This document shows positions 17,750 to 25,472 of a stretch of 32,311 nucleotides of DNA, one piece after another. The position numbers and the translations under genes were made by a program. Numbering within the stretch: the first letter of the stretch is position 1; each line of letters begins with the position of its first letter. Below the pieces are notes generated by a model, which searched no databases, was not told the origin of the DNA, and worked only from the letters and a program-made list of their open reading frames with translations. This stretch comes from an uncultured Lachnospiraceae bacterium (GTDB lineage: Bacteria; Bacillota; Clostridia; Lachnospirales; Lachnospiraceae), in assembly GCA_964494285.1 (NCBI GenBank), contig CAZBRY010000001.1, positions 4,405-36,715 on the forward strand, given 5' to 3'.

Positions 17750-19309
17750 ATGGAAAAAAATATGTTTTGTTTTCAATGTGAACAGACTGCGGGCGGCACC
17801 GGATGTACAGGAATGGCGGGTGTTTGCGGCAAAAAAGCGCCGACAGCAGGGCTGCAGGATCAACTGACAGGCGCGTTGATTGAGCTTGTAAAGGGATCGG
17901 GAGATGCAGGAACGAGGGCGACGACGAGGCTTTTGATCGAAGGCTTGTTTACAACGATTACAAATGTGAATTTTAATGATGAGACGCTACAGGCAATGAT
18001 CGACCGGGTACGCGCCGAAGCTGCAAAAGCGGCAGGCAGCGTCACAAATTTTGATATGAATCAGATATGGGAGACAGATGAGGACATTCGATCTTTGAAG
18101 TCGCTCATTCTGTTTGGACTTCGCGGCATGGCCGCCTACGCATACCATGCACTTGTGCTGGGCTATGAGGACGATCAGGTAAATGCTTTTTTCTATCAGG
18201 CGCTTTCCGCAATCGGCGCTGATCTAGGTATGGAAGAGCTGCTTCCCGTTGTGCTTAAGGTCGGAGAAGTAAACCTGAAGTGCATGGAACTGTTGGATCT
18301 TGCCAATACCGAGACATACGGGACGCCGGTTCCTACCAAAGTCGGGATGACAATCGAAAAAGGTCCGTTTATTGTGATCAGCGGGCATGATTTGTTGGAT
18401 TTAAAGCTTTTATTAGAACAGACGGAAGATAAAGGGATCAATATCTACACGCACGGAGAAATGCTGCCGGCACACGGCTATCCTGAGCTTAAAAAATACT
18501 TGCATTTAAAGGGTAACTTTGGAACGGCATGGCAGAACCAGCAGAAAGAATTTGACGGAATGCCGGGGGCCGTTCTGTTTACGACAAACTGCCTCATGCC
18601 GGTACGGAAAAGCTATGCGGATCGCGTATTTACGACGGAGGTCGTGTCCTATCCCGAGCTTGTGCATATTGGAGAGGATAAGGATTTTACACCGGTAATT
18701 GAAAAGGCGTTGGAGCTTGGCGGTTATGAAGAGGATCACGTGATGACTGGCATTAACGGAGGCTCTGTACTGACGACCGGCTTCGGACACGGAACGGTGC
18801 TTGGTGTAGCGGATCAGGTGATTCAGGCCCTAAAGGATGGTGCGATCAAGCATTTCTTTCTTGTGGGAGGCTGTGACGGCGCAAGACCGGGAAGGAATTA
18901 TTACACGGAATTCGTGCAAAAGGCACCTGCGGACAGCGTGATACTGACGCTTGCCTGTGGAAAATACCGTTTTAACGATCTGGATTTAGGGACAATCGGC
19001 GGCCTGCCCCGTATCATGGATATGGGACAGTGTAACGATTCCTTCAGCGCGATTAAGGTTGCGCTCGCTTTGGCGGAAGCGTTTGACTGCGGAGTAAACG
19101 ATCTGCCGTTGACGTTGGTGTTATCCTGGTATGAGCAGAAGGCAATATGTGTGTTATTATCGCTCCTGTATCTTGGGATTAAGAATATTTATTTAGGCCC
19201 GACACTTCCCGCATTTGTGTCTAAAAATGTGCTCGAGTATCTGGTAGAAAATTATCAGATTACTCCGATCAGCACTCCGCAGGAAGATTTAAAGAAAATA
19301 TTAGGCTGA
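17750..19309 (+). CDS. hcp: Hybrid cluster protein / hydroxylamine reductase
   Basis: N-terminal Cys cluster MFCFQCEQTAGGTGCTGMAGVCGK. The rest of the 519-aa protein is collinear with Hcp (GHDLLDL, FTTNCLMP, GGCDGAR, LACGKYRF, MGQCNDS). GAGAGG ribosome binding site 7 nt upstream. Confidence 0.93.
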   Translation: MEKNMFCFQCEQTAGGTGCTGMAGVCGKKAPTAGLQDQLTGALIELVKGSGDAGTRATTRLLIEGLFTTITNVNFNDETLQAMIDRVRAEAAKAAGSVTNFDMNQIWETDEDIRSLKSLILFGLRGMAAYAYHALVLGYEDDQVNAFFYQALSAIGADLGMEELLPVVLKVGEVNLKCMELLDLANTETYGTPVPTKVGMTIEKGPFIVISGHDLLDLKLLLEQTEDKGINIYTHGEMLPAHGYPELKKYLHLKGNFGTAWQNQQKEFDGMPGAVLFTTNCLMPVRKSYADRVFTTEVVSYPELVHIGEDKDFTPVIEKALELGGYEEDHVMTGINGGSVLTTGFGHGTVLGVADQVIQALKDGAIKHFFLVGGCDGARPGRNYYTEFVQKAPADSVILTLACGKYRFNDLDLGTIGGLPRIMDMGQCNDSFSAIKVALALAEAFDCGVNDLPLTLVLSWYEQKAICVLLSLLYLGIKNIYLGPTLPAFVSKNVLEYLVENYQITPISTPQEDLKKILG

Positions 19310-19339
19310 TTCTCCGATAGTTAGGAAGAAAAAGTGAAA

Positions 19340-19382
19340 GAAGTGAAAGATTGTCTATTTAAGTCTTTCACTTCTCTTTTAT
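19340..19382 (+). terminator. Rho-independent terminator of hcp
   Basis: Perfect 11-bp stem GAAGTGAAAGA (19340-19350) / TCTTTCACTTC (19364-19374) with a 13-nt loop, followed by TCTTTTATTT. Confidence 0.8.
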
Positions 19383-19433
19383 TTGAAGTATAATTAAATA
19401 ATAACCCTCTCACTACAAAGGAGTTTTGTTTAT

Positions 19434-22013
19434 ATGCCAAAAGATAAAAAAAAGCTGGTGTGGATGATTATTACAGGAGCTATTTTAACAACGATAGTTC
19501 TGTTTGCATTGGTATATTATATTTTCTTTTACCGAGAAGAGGGGATGCTGCCTCGCAAGGACTATTCTCTGGATAAACGCGTACTTTTTATCAGCTCCTA
19601 CAGTGAAGACTTCGATACGATCGACTTGCAAAAAGCAGGAATCAGCCGCGCCTTCGAAGCCAATGATATTCGGCTTGATATTGCCTATATGGATATGAAA
19701 AATTACGATCATCCGGAAAATGAGGAATTGTTTTACCAGATGCTTCGTTATAAGCTTGCAAATACAGGAAAGTACGATGCGGTTCTGATTGGGGATGATG
19801 CGGCACTGACTTTCGCGGAGAAGCATCAGGAAGAGCTGTTTAAGGGAATACCCATGGTCTTTTTCTGTATCAATGACGTGGAGCATGCGGTGCGGGCGGG
19901 AGAGAATCCTTATATTACCGGTGCGGTGGAGGATTTTTATCTGCAGGATACGATTGATATTGCGATCAAGTTCCAGCCGGAGGCGAAAACGATTATCAAC
20001 ATTTATGACGGTACACTGACGGGATTGGGAGATGGAAAGCAGTTTTATGCATTGGAGGACAGCTATCCGGGCTTTGAATTTTTGGGCATCAATTCATCGG
20101 AATATACACGCGCAGAGTTTGGAAAGCTGCTTGATCAGATTTCCGAAGACAGTATTTTGATTTATATGAGTAATTTTGAGGATGCGGAAGGAAACACCTA
20201 TACGATATCGGATAGTACACAGTTTATTGCCGCTCATGCGAAGGTGCCTATATACAGAAGCTCCGTCGGCGGGATTGGCGAAGGGGTACTCGGAGGCAAG
20301 ATTGTTTCCTATGAGCAATCCGGTTTCGAGGCCGGCTCTATGATCGCGGACGTTTTGAATGGAAAAAATATTGCGGATATTCCGGTAGTGACAAAGGGCG
20401 AGAGCCAATATACATTTGATTATCAGATGCTAAAGAAATATGGGATTAAGCTGTCTCTTCTTCCGACGGATGCCGTTATCGTCAATAAGGGGTTGACAAT
20501 TTTCGAAGCATATCGGAACATACTGATTCCGGTGTTCGCGTTTGTTTTGCTATGTCTGATTGCTTTGCTTGCGGCTTTAATCGATAATTTGAGACGTCGC
20601 CGCCTGACAAGAGAGCTGCAAAGCTCCCATGACGAACTGACGGAGACGTACAATAAGCTGATCATGGCGGAGGAAATGCTAAAGCAGCAATATGACGAAA
20701 ATAGGAAATACACCGAATCTCTCGAGAAAAAAGAGGCATTTATTCGTTACCAGGCAGGGCATGACTACTTGACCGATCTCCCGAATAGGCGCAGTGCGAT
20801 GGAGGAGTTGAGACACAGGCTCGAAGACGAGGCTGCATGCACCATTATTATTATTGATATTGATGATTTTAAAGGAATTAATGACTCCTTCGGACATACT
20901 TGCGGAGATGCGGTTTTACGGGAGGTGTCTGCGCGTTTGGAAGAGCTGGTGGCGGAGGGGCTGTTTTTTGCGGCACGCTTTGGTGGTGATGAATTTCTTA
21001 TTATTGTTAGTGAAAAAGAGGTAAAAGCGGAGGATAACGTAATCGTTCAGCTTAAGCGCGTGTTCGCAAAGCCTGTCGAGTTTGAAGAAAAGAAGCATTA
21101 TATCAAGGTGAGCATGGGCGTCGCCCCTTCTGCAGATGGAGTGAAAGAGGTGGGTGAGATTGTATCTCACGCAGATTTTGCATTGCATGTTGCAAAGAAT
21201 TCCAGAGAGGATAAATGCGTTTACTATAATGTCGGCATGCAGGATGAGGCAAACCAGAGGAAGGAGATTAGAAGTATTCTGGGAGATGCGTGCAGAAATG
21301 ATGGGTTTTATGTGGTGTATCAGCCGCAGGTCGATACGATGACAGGTGAGATTGTATGTTATGAGGCGCTCGTCCGCCTAAAGGATCACACGATCTCTCC
21401 GGGGCAGTTTATTGCGATTGCGGAAGAGACAGATTTAATTTTGATGATTGGCCGCATTGTGACTCAAAAAGTTGTAAAGCAGATTGCATTATGGCGCGAG
21501 CAGGGTTACCAGCTGCATCCGGTTTCTGTCAATTTCTCCAGTAAACAAATACTTGACAAAGGATATGTTGCAGTTTTAAAAGGGCTCCTTGAGAAATATG
21601 AAGTTTCGTCTGACCTGATTGAAATAGAAATTACGGAAAATATTTTTATTAATAATAACGAAAAGGCTATGAAGCTGTTTAAGGACTTTCAATCGATTGG
21701 CGTTGGTCTTGCACTAGATGATTTTGGTACCGGTTATTCGTCAATCAGTTATCTGACTTATATTCCGGTACAGAAAATTAAGCTCGACAAGTCTTTGGTC
21801 GACACATTTTTAGTCGAAGGAAAGGATGCGTTTATTGATAACATTATCCGGCTGGCACACTGCCTCGGTCTGAAAATTACGATTGAAGGGATCGAAGAGA
21901 AGCACCAGCGCGATCGATTAAAGGATTTTGCGTGTGACTATATTCAGGGCTATTATTTCAGCAAGCCGCTCATCGGAGAAGAAGTGGTTCGTTTGCCCAA
22001 TCCAATTAAATAA
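19434..22013 (+). CDS. Transmembrane c-di-GMP turnover protein: TM - extracytoplasmic ABC-substrate-binding-like sensor - TM - coiled coil - GGDEF - EAL
   Basis: 859 aa with two TM segments flanking a domain of about 330 aa (RVLFISSYSEDFD...). The GGDEF motif is intact (ARFGGDEFLIIV) and no RxxD I-site lies 5 residues upstream. EAL motifs are intact: YEALVRL, DDFGTGYSS, KLDKSLV, EGIE, QGYYFSKP. Confidence 0.9.
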   Translation: MPKDKKKLVWMIITGAILTTIVLFALVYYIFFYREEGMLPRKDYSLDKRVLFISSYSEDFDTIDLQKAGISRAFEANDIRLDIAYMDMKNYDHPENEELFYQMLRYKLANTGKYDAVLIGDDAALTFAEKHQEELFKGIPMVFFCINDVEHAVRAGENPYITGAVEDFYLQDTIDIAIKFQPEAKTIINIYDGTLTGLGDGKQFYALEDSYPGFEFLGINSSEYTRAEFGKLLDQISEDSILIYMSNFEDAEGNTYTISDSTQFIAAHAKVPIYRSSVGGIGEGVLGGKIVSYEQSGFEAGSMIADVLNGKNIADIPVVTKGESQYTFDYQMLKKYGIKLSLLPTDAVIVNKGLTIFEAYRNILIPVFAFVLLCLIALLAALIDNLRRRRLTRELQSSHDELTETYNKLIMAEEMLKQQYDENRKYTESLEKKEAFIRYQAGHDYLTDLPNRRSAMEELRHRLEDEAACTIIIIDIDDFKGINDSFGHTCGDAVLREVSARLEELVAEGLFFAARFGGDEFLIIVSEKEVKAEDNVIVQLKRVFAKPVEFEEKKHYIKVSMGVAPSADGVKEVGEIVSHADFALHVAKNSREDKCVYYNVGMQDEANQRKEIRSILGDACRNDGFYVVYQPQVDTMTGEIVCYEALVRLKDHTISPGQFIAIAEETDLILMIGRIVTQKVVKQIALWREQGYQLHPVSVNFSSKQILDKGYVAVLKGLLEKYEVSSDLIEIEITENIFINNNEKAMKLFKDFQSIGVGLALDDFGTGYSSISYLTYIPVQKIKLDKSLVDTFLVEGKDAFIDNIIRLAHCLGLKITIEGIEEKHQRDRLKDFACDYIQGYYFSKPLIGEEVVRLPNPIK

Positions 22014-22036
22014 GTGTTTTTGGAAAGGTGATGGAT

Positions 22037-22432
22037 ATGCAGGAAAGATTAAGAAAAATTATGTATGGACGTTACGGGACTGACCGGCTGTCCCAATTTT
22101 TGATGGTGGCGGCATTGCTTGTGATGCTGCTGTCCCTGTTTACGGGAGCGGATGTCTGTTACTGGATTGCGGCGGCGATTATCGGATATGCGTATTTTCG
22201 TGTATTTTCCAGAAATCATGAAAAAAGATATCAGGAAAACCAATGGTACCTGCGGCAGACCTACCGGTTCAGGAGTTTTTTCGGAAGAAAGAGGCTGGAA
22301 TGGTTGCAGAGAAAGACGCATCACATTTACCGCTGTCCGGATTGCCGGCAGAAGATCCGGATTCCAAAGGGAAAAGGAAAAATTGTAGTGACATGTCCGA
22401 AATGCCGTGCGGAGTTTACGAAAAGGAGTTAG
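22037..22432 (+). CDS. Small membrane protein with a C-terminal zinc-ribbon (CPDC-x17-CPKC)
   Basis: Start set at ATG 22037 with GGAAAGG 8 nt upstream. 131 aa: MQERLRKIMYGRYG, two hydrophobic segments (res about 21-35 and 41-56), a basic linker, then YRCPDCRQKIRIPKGKGKIVVTCPKCRAEF. It starts 23 nt after the GGDEF-EAL stop with no terminator between. Confidence 0.7.
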   Translation: MQERLRKIMYGRYGTDRLSQFLMVAALLVMLLSLFTGADVCYWIAAAIIGYAYFRVFSRNHEKRYQENQWYLRQTYRFRSFFGRKRLEWLQRKTHHIYRCPDCRQKIRIPKGKGKIVVTCPKCRAEFTKRS

Positions 22433-22435
22433 CGG

Positions 22436-23257
22436 ATGTTTGGGTATGTGATCATCAACCAGCAGGAGATGAAGCTTAAGGATTATGAAAAATACCGTTC
22501 CTATTACTGCGGACTTTGCCAGAGTTTGAAAAAACGCTACGGCTTGTTAGGGCAGGCGTCCTTAACTTATGATATGACGTTTGTAATCCTGCTGCTGACA
22601 GCCCTGTATGAGCCGCAAACGCTGGCATCGGCGTGCACCTGCATCGCGCATCCGTTTGAAAAGCATAAGACGCGGGTAAATATTTATACGGACTACGCGG
22701 CGGACCTCAATCTGCTTCTGACCTATGAAAAATGCATGGATGACTGGCAGGATGAAAGGAAGCTGCTGAAAAGGGGCTATGCCGGCATCCTTTTGCCAAA
22801 GGTGAAACAGATCGCAAAAAAATATCCGAAAAAGGCGGCCGTCATTCGTGAAGAGCTGAAGAAGATTCAGGAAATGGAACAGCGCAGGGAGCCGGACATT
22901 GATATTCCGGCCGGCGCGTTCGGAAGGATCATGGCGGAAATATTCGCCTTTCGTGCGGATGAATGGGAGAAAGACATAAGAGAGATGGGCTTCTTTCTCG
23001 GAAAATTTATTTATTTGATGGATGCATATCTTGACATGGAAAAAGATCAAAAGAGCGGAAACTACAATCCGTTTCTATTAAGAAAACAGCCGGCCTGCGA
23101 GGAGGCGGAACAGATTCTGCTCATGATGATGGCGGCATGCTCCAAAGCTTTTGAACGGCTTCCGATCGTCGAGGATGCGGAAATCCTGCGCAATATTTTA
23201 TATTCCGGCGTCTGGTGCCGATACCATGCCGCGAAGAATGGAGATCAAAATAGATGA
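22436..23257 (+). CDS. DUF5685-like protein of unknown function (family name recalled from memory, unverified)
   Basis: 273 aa. The N-terminal signature MFGYV...[23 protein letters not shown] is what I recall for the Firmicute DUF5685 family. AGGAG ribosome binding site. It starts 3 nt after the upstream stop, and its stop overlaps the next start (ATGA). Confidence 0.7.
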   Translation: MFGYVIINQQEMKLKDYEKYRSYYCGLCQSLKKRYGLLGQASLTYDMTFVILLLTALYEPQTLASACTCIAHPFEKHKTRVNIYTDYAADLNLLLTYEKCMDDWQDERKLLKRGYAGILLPKVKQIAKKYPKKAAVIREELKKIQEMEQRREPDIDIPAGAFGRIMAEIFAFRADEWEKDIREMGFFLGKFIYLMDAYLDMEKDQKSGNYNPFLLRKQPACEEAEQILLMMMAACSKAFERLPIVEDAEILRNILYSGVWCRYHAAKNGDQNR

Positions 23258-23919
23258 GAAATCCCTATCTGGTACTCGGGGTGAAGGAAGATGCCACGAA
23301 TGATGAAATAAAAACGGCATATCGGGCATTGAGCCGGAAATACCATCCGGATGCAAATATCAACAATCCTAACAAGGAAGCGGCGGAAGAAAAATTCAAG
23401 GAAGTGCAGCAGGCGTACGAGCAGATTATTAAGGAGCGGGAGCATGGCTATACCGGCTACTCGCATGAAAGCTACGGCGGCGGACACGGCTTTTATGATG
23501 CAGAAAGAGAAAGATACGGCGGCAGCGACGAATATGTGCTTCATATGCAGGCAGCGGGAAACTATATCAACAACGGCCGGTATGAGGAAGCGTGGAATCT
23601 GCTGCGCAGCATGAAGGAGAAAAATGCGCTCTGGTATTATTATGCGGGCGTTGCCAATGCGGGGATGGGCAATAATGTGCAGGCGCTGGATTTTGCCGGA
23701 ACAGCATGTGAGCTGGAGCCGGACAACCTTAGATACCAACTGTTTTTACAGCAATTACGGGCCGGCGGAAGCTGGTACCGGGATATGCAAAGCCCTTACG
23801 GGGAGGGCAGTACGGGCGGCAGCAGCCTTTGTTTGAAGCTGTGCTTCTGGAACCTCGTCTGCAATTTGTTCTGCGGAGGAGGCGGACTCTGCTTCGGAAA
23901 CGGTATGAAGCCGATGTGA
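23254..23919 (+). CDS. Non-canonical J-domain protein (J domain - Gly/Tyr linker - TPR-like helices - Cys-rich hydrophobic tail)
   Basis: NPYLVLGV...[14 protein letters not shown]...[12 protein letters not shown] is a complete J domain with HPD at res 31-33. There is no CxxCxGxG zinc-finger domain. A TPR-like segment spans res about 98-165. The C-terminal tail is [25 protein letters not shown]. Confidence 0.85.
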   Translation: MRNPYLVLGVKEDATNDEIKTAYRALSRKYHPDANINNPNKEAAEEKFKEVQQAYEQIIKEREHGYTGYSHESYGGGHGFYDAERERYGGSDEYVLHMQAAGNYINNGRYEEAWNLLRSMKEKNALWYYYAGVANAGMGNNVQALDFAGTACELEPDNLRYQLFLQQLRAGGSWYRDMQSPYGEGSTGGSSLCLKLCFWNLVCNLFCGGGGLCFGNGMKPM

Positions 23920-23935
23920 CGGCAGGGAAGCGGCC

Positions 23936-24715
23936 TTACTGCGCATGATAGCCAAGCTCTTGCGACAGCTTCAGGCAGGCGCTTGTGAGGAGCGGAGTCA
24001 GCTCCTGCATCCGTTCGTTGGACATTCTCGCGGCCGAAGCCGAAATGCTGATAGCGTAATTTGCCGTGCCGCTGTAATCTTTGATGCTTGCGGCGATGCA
24101 GCGGACGCCGACCTCATTTTCCTCATTGTCCATCGCATATCCGAGCCTGCGGATCGCCGCAAGCTCGGTTAAGAGCTGTTCCATTTCAAGGATCGTATAT
24201 TCCGTCTTCTTTTCGAGGTTGGAGCTTTTCCAAATACCGTGCACTTCTTCCTCGGATAATTCCGACATGATCGCTTTTCCTACAGCCGTACAATAGAGAG
24301 GGCTGACCATTCCGATAAAGGAGGCCATCCGTATGGAGCGTCCGTCATAGGAAGGCTCCAGCTTGCTGATATACATAATGTTGTTATCCACGCGTTTGAC
24401 AAGATGAACCGTCTCGCAGGCCTGCTCCATTAAAAACTTCATATAGGGCTGGGCGACCGATAAAATATCGATCTGTTTTAATATTTTTCCTGCAATTGTC
24501 ACGACCTTTAGGGTCATCTGGTATTTTAACGTTTCTTCGTTTTGTTTCACATATCCCATATAAATCAAAGAATTTAAAAGACGGTGAACCGTGCTTTTAT
24601 TTAATGAGAGCATGCTGCTGATTTCCAAAAGGCCGCACGGCCCTCTTTCTGTCAGCACATCGATGACCTGAAAGATTCTGTCCGCAGACTGGACGGGATT
24701 TTTATCGTTATCCAT
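23936..24715 (-). CDS. IclR-family transcriptional regulator (KdgR-like by context)
   Basis: Start set at ATG 24715 with AAAGGA 9 nt upstream; the GTG at 24733 has no ribosome binding site. N-terminal winged HTH (VQSADRIFQVIDVLTE...LSLNKSTVHRLLNSLIYMGYV) plus an IclR effector domain. It lies next to KDG/hexuronate genes. Confidence 0.85.
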   Translation of the reverse strand: MDNDKNPVQSADRIFQVIDVLTERGPCGLLEISSMLSLNKSTVHRLLNSLIYMGYVKQNEETLKYQMTLKVVTIAGKILKQIDILSVAQPYMKFLMEQACETVHLVKRVDNNIMYISKLEPSYDGRSIRMASFIGMVSPLYCTAVGKAIMSELSEEEVHGIWKSSNLEKKTEYTILEMEQLLTELAAIRRLGYAMDNEENEVGVRCIAASIKDYSGTANYAISISASAARMSNERMQELTPLLTSACLKLSQELGYHAQ

Positions 24716-24753
24716 GTCGTCATATCCTTTCACAAAATTATGCGTATATAAGT

Positions 24754-25200
24754 TTATAAACTTTTACTTAAATAAACCATATCTACCAATTGAACACCAT
24801 CTTCAAACATTGGCTGGTCGTAGTTGTCTGTGAAAAAGTTCTTAATTCTATGAGAACTCCTGAAACCGTTTTTCTGATAAAACTGTAATATCCATGGAAT
24901 GTCACCTGTTCCCACAAGCATGGTTGTATACTTGCCCTTGTAATACGAAAATATGTAGTTTAAAAGTTTGCTTCCATACCCTTTGCCATGCCATTTTTCA
25001 TAAGTGGCTATATTTTTCAGTTCACAAACATCATCGCTTTCCTGCGTAACTACGCAAACACTTTTTAAATCGTCATCATATAATGCAAACATTTCTCCGC
25101 GATGTAGGTATTTCTCTATCATTTTTAATTCTTCATCTGCAAGAAGGAGAAGTTCCATAAAATCCATTTTATTATTATTTTCAATTTTAGTTATTTTCAT
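24754..25200 (-). CDS. GNAT-family N-acetyltransferase
   Basis: Start set at ATG 25200 ([10 protein letters not shown]) with GGAGG upstream. The acetyl-CoA binding block is [24 protein letters not shown]. The gene is visibly more AT-rich than its neighbours. Confidence 0.8.
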   Translation of the reverse strand: MKITKIENNNKMDFMELLLLADEELKMIEKYLHRGEMFALYDDDLKSVCVVTQESDDVCELKNIATYEKWHGKGYGSKLLNYIFSYYKGKYTTMLVGTGDIPWILQFYQKNGFRSSHRIKNFFTDNYDQPMFEDGVQLVDMVYLSKSL

Positions 25201-25311
25201 TTTAACCTCCACAATTTGTACTGTGTATTGAATTTCAATGTGCAATAGCCTTTGCTATGCATAGTTTCTTCTGCTTTCCCGTATTGGTCACTCCCCCTTT
25301 CACAGGCTTTC

Positions 25312-25340
25312 ATTATATAAAATTATGCTGATTTTGGCAA
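25312..25340 (-). promoter_or_regulatory. Sigma-A type promoter candidate for the GNAT-IclR transcription unit (minus strand)
   Basis: On the minus strand: TTGCCA (25340-25335), 17 nt spacer, TATAAT (25317-25312). It is back-to-back with the eda promoter. Confidence 0.55.
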
Positions 25341-25341
25341 G

Positions 25342-25365
25342 TTTGTACAAAAACTTTTGCACAAA
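25342..25365. promoter_or_regulatory. Two adjacent palindromic boxes, TTTGTACAAA (perfect) and TTTGCACAAA (imperfect), between the divergent -35 elements
   Basis: TTTGTACAAA at 25342-25351 is its own reverse complement. TTTGCACAAA at 25356-25365 differs at the centre. They are operator candidates for the adjacent IclR regulator. Confidence 0.35.
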
Positions 25366-25380
25366 GGAAAAGGAAACATA

Positions 25381-25408
25381 TTGACAGGTTCGCAATTTTA
25401 TATATAAT
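25381..25408 (+). promoter_or_regulatory. Sigma-A type promoter candidate for eda-kdgK
   Basis: TTGACA (25381-25386), 16 nt spacer, TATAAT (25403-25408). Confidence 0.6.
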
Positions 25409-25420
25409 AAAAGTTAAGGA

Positions 25421-25456
25421 ATGAAAATAATGAAACTTAGTTCCGCAATATGAAAC
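25421..25456 (+). promoter_or_regulatory. Three direct copies of ATGAAA(A/C) in the eda leader, resembling the KdgR half-site
   Basis: ATGAAAA at 25421-25427, ATGAAAC at 25430-25436 and ATGAAAC at 25450-25456. Spacings of 9 and 20 bp are roughly helical. They lie just downstream of the -10. ATGAAAC is the half-site I recall for enterobacterial IclR-type KdgR operators. Confidence 0.35.
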
Positions 25457-25472
25457 TGAAGAAGGAGGAAAC

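Noticed and set aside
19331-19350. Short tandem repeat AAGTGAAAG AAGTGAAAGA
   Set aside because: There are only two copies, and the second forms the 5' arm of the hcp terminator stem. It is not a repeat array.
22562-23739. Minus-strand ORFs of 162 aa and 164 aa opposite the DUF5685-like and J-domain genes, plus small same-strand alternative-frame ORFs (22152-22479, 23351-23836)
   Set aside because: The plus-strand frame carries a full J domain with HPD and the coupled start/stop architecture. The alternatives lack ribosome binding sites and have shadow-frame composition. I considered overlapping-gene coding but found nothing to support it.
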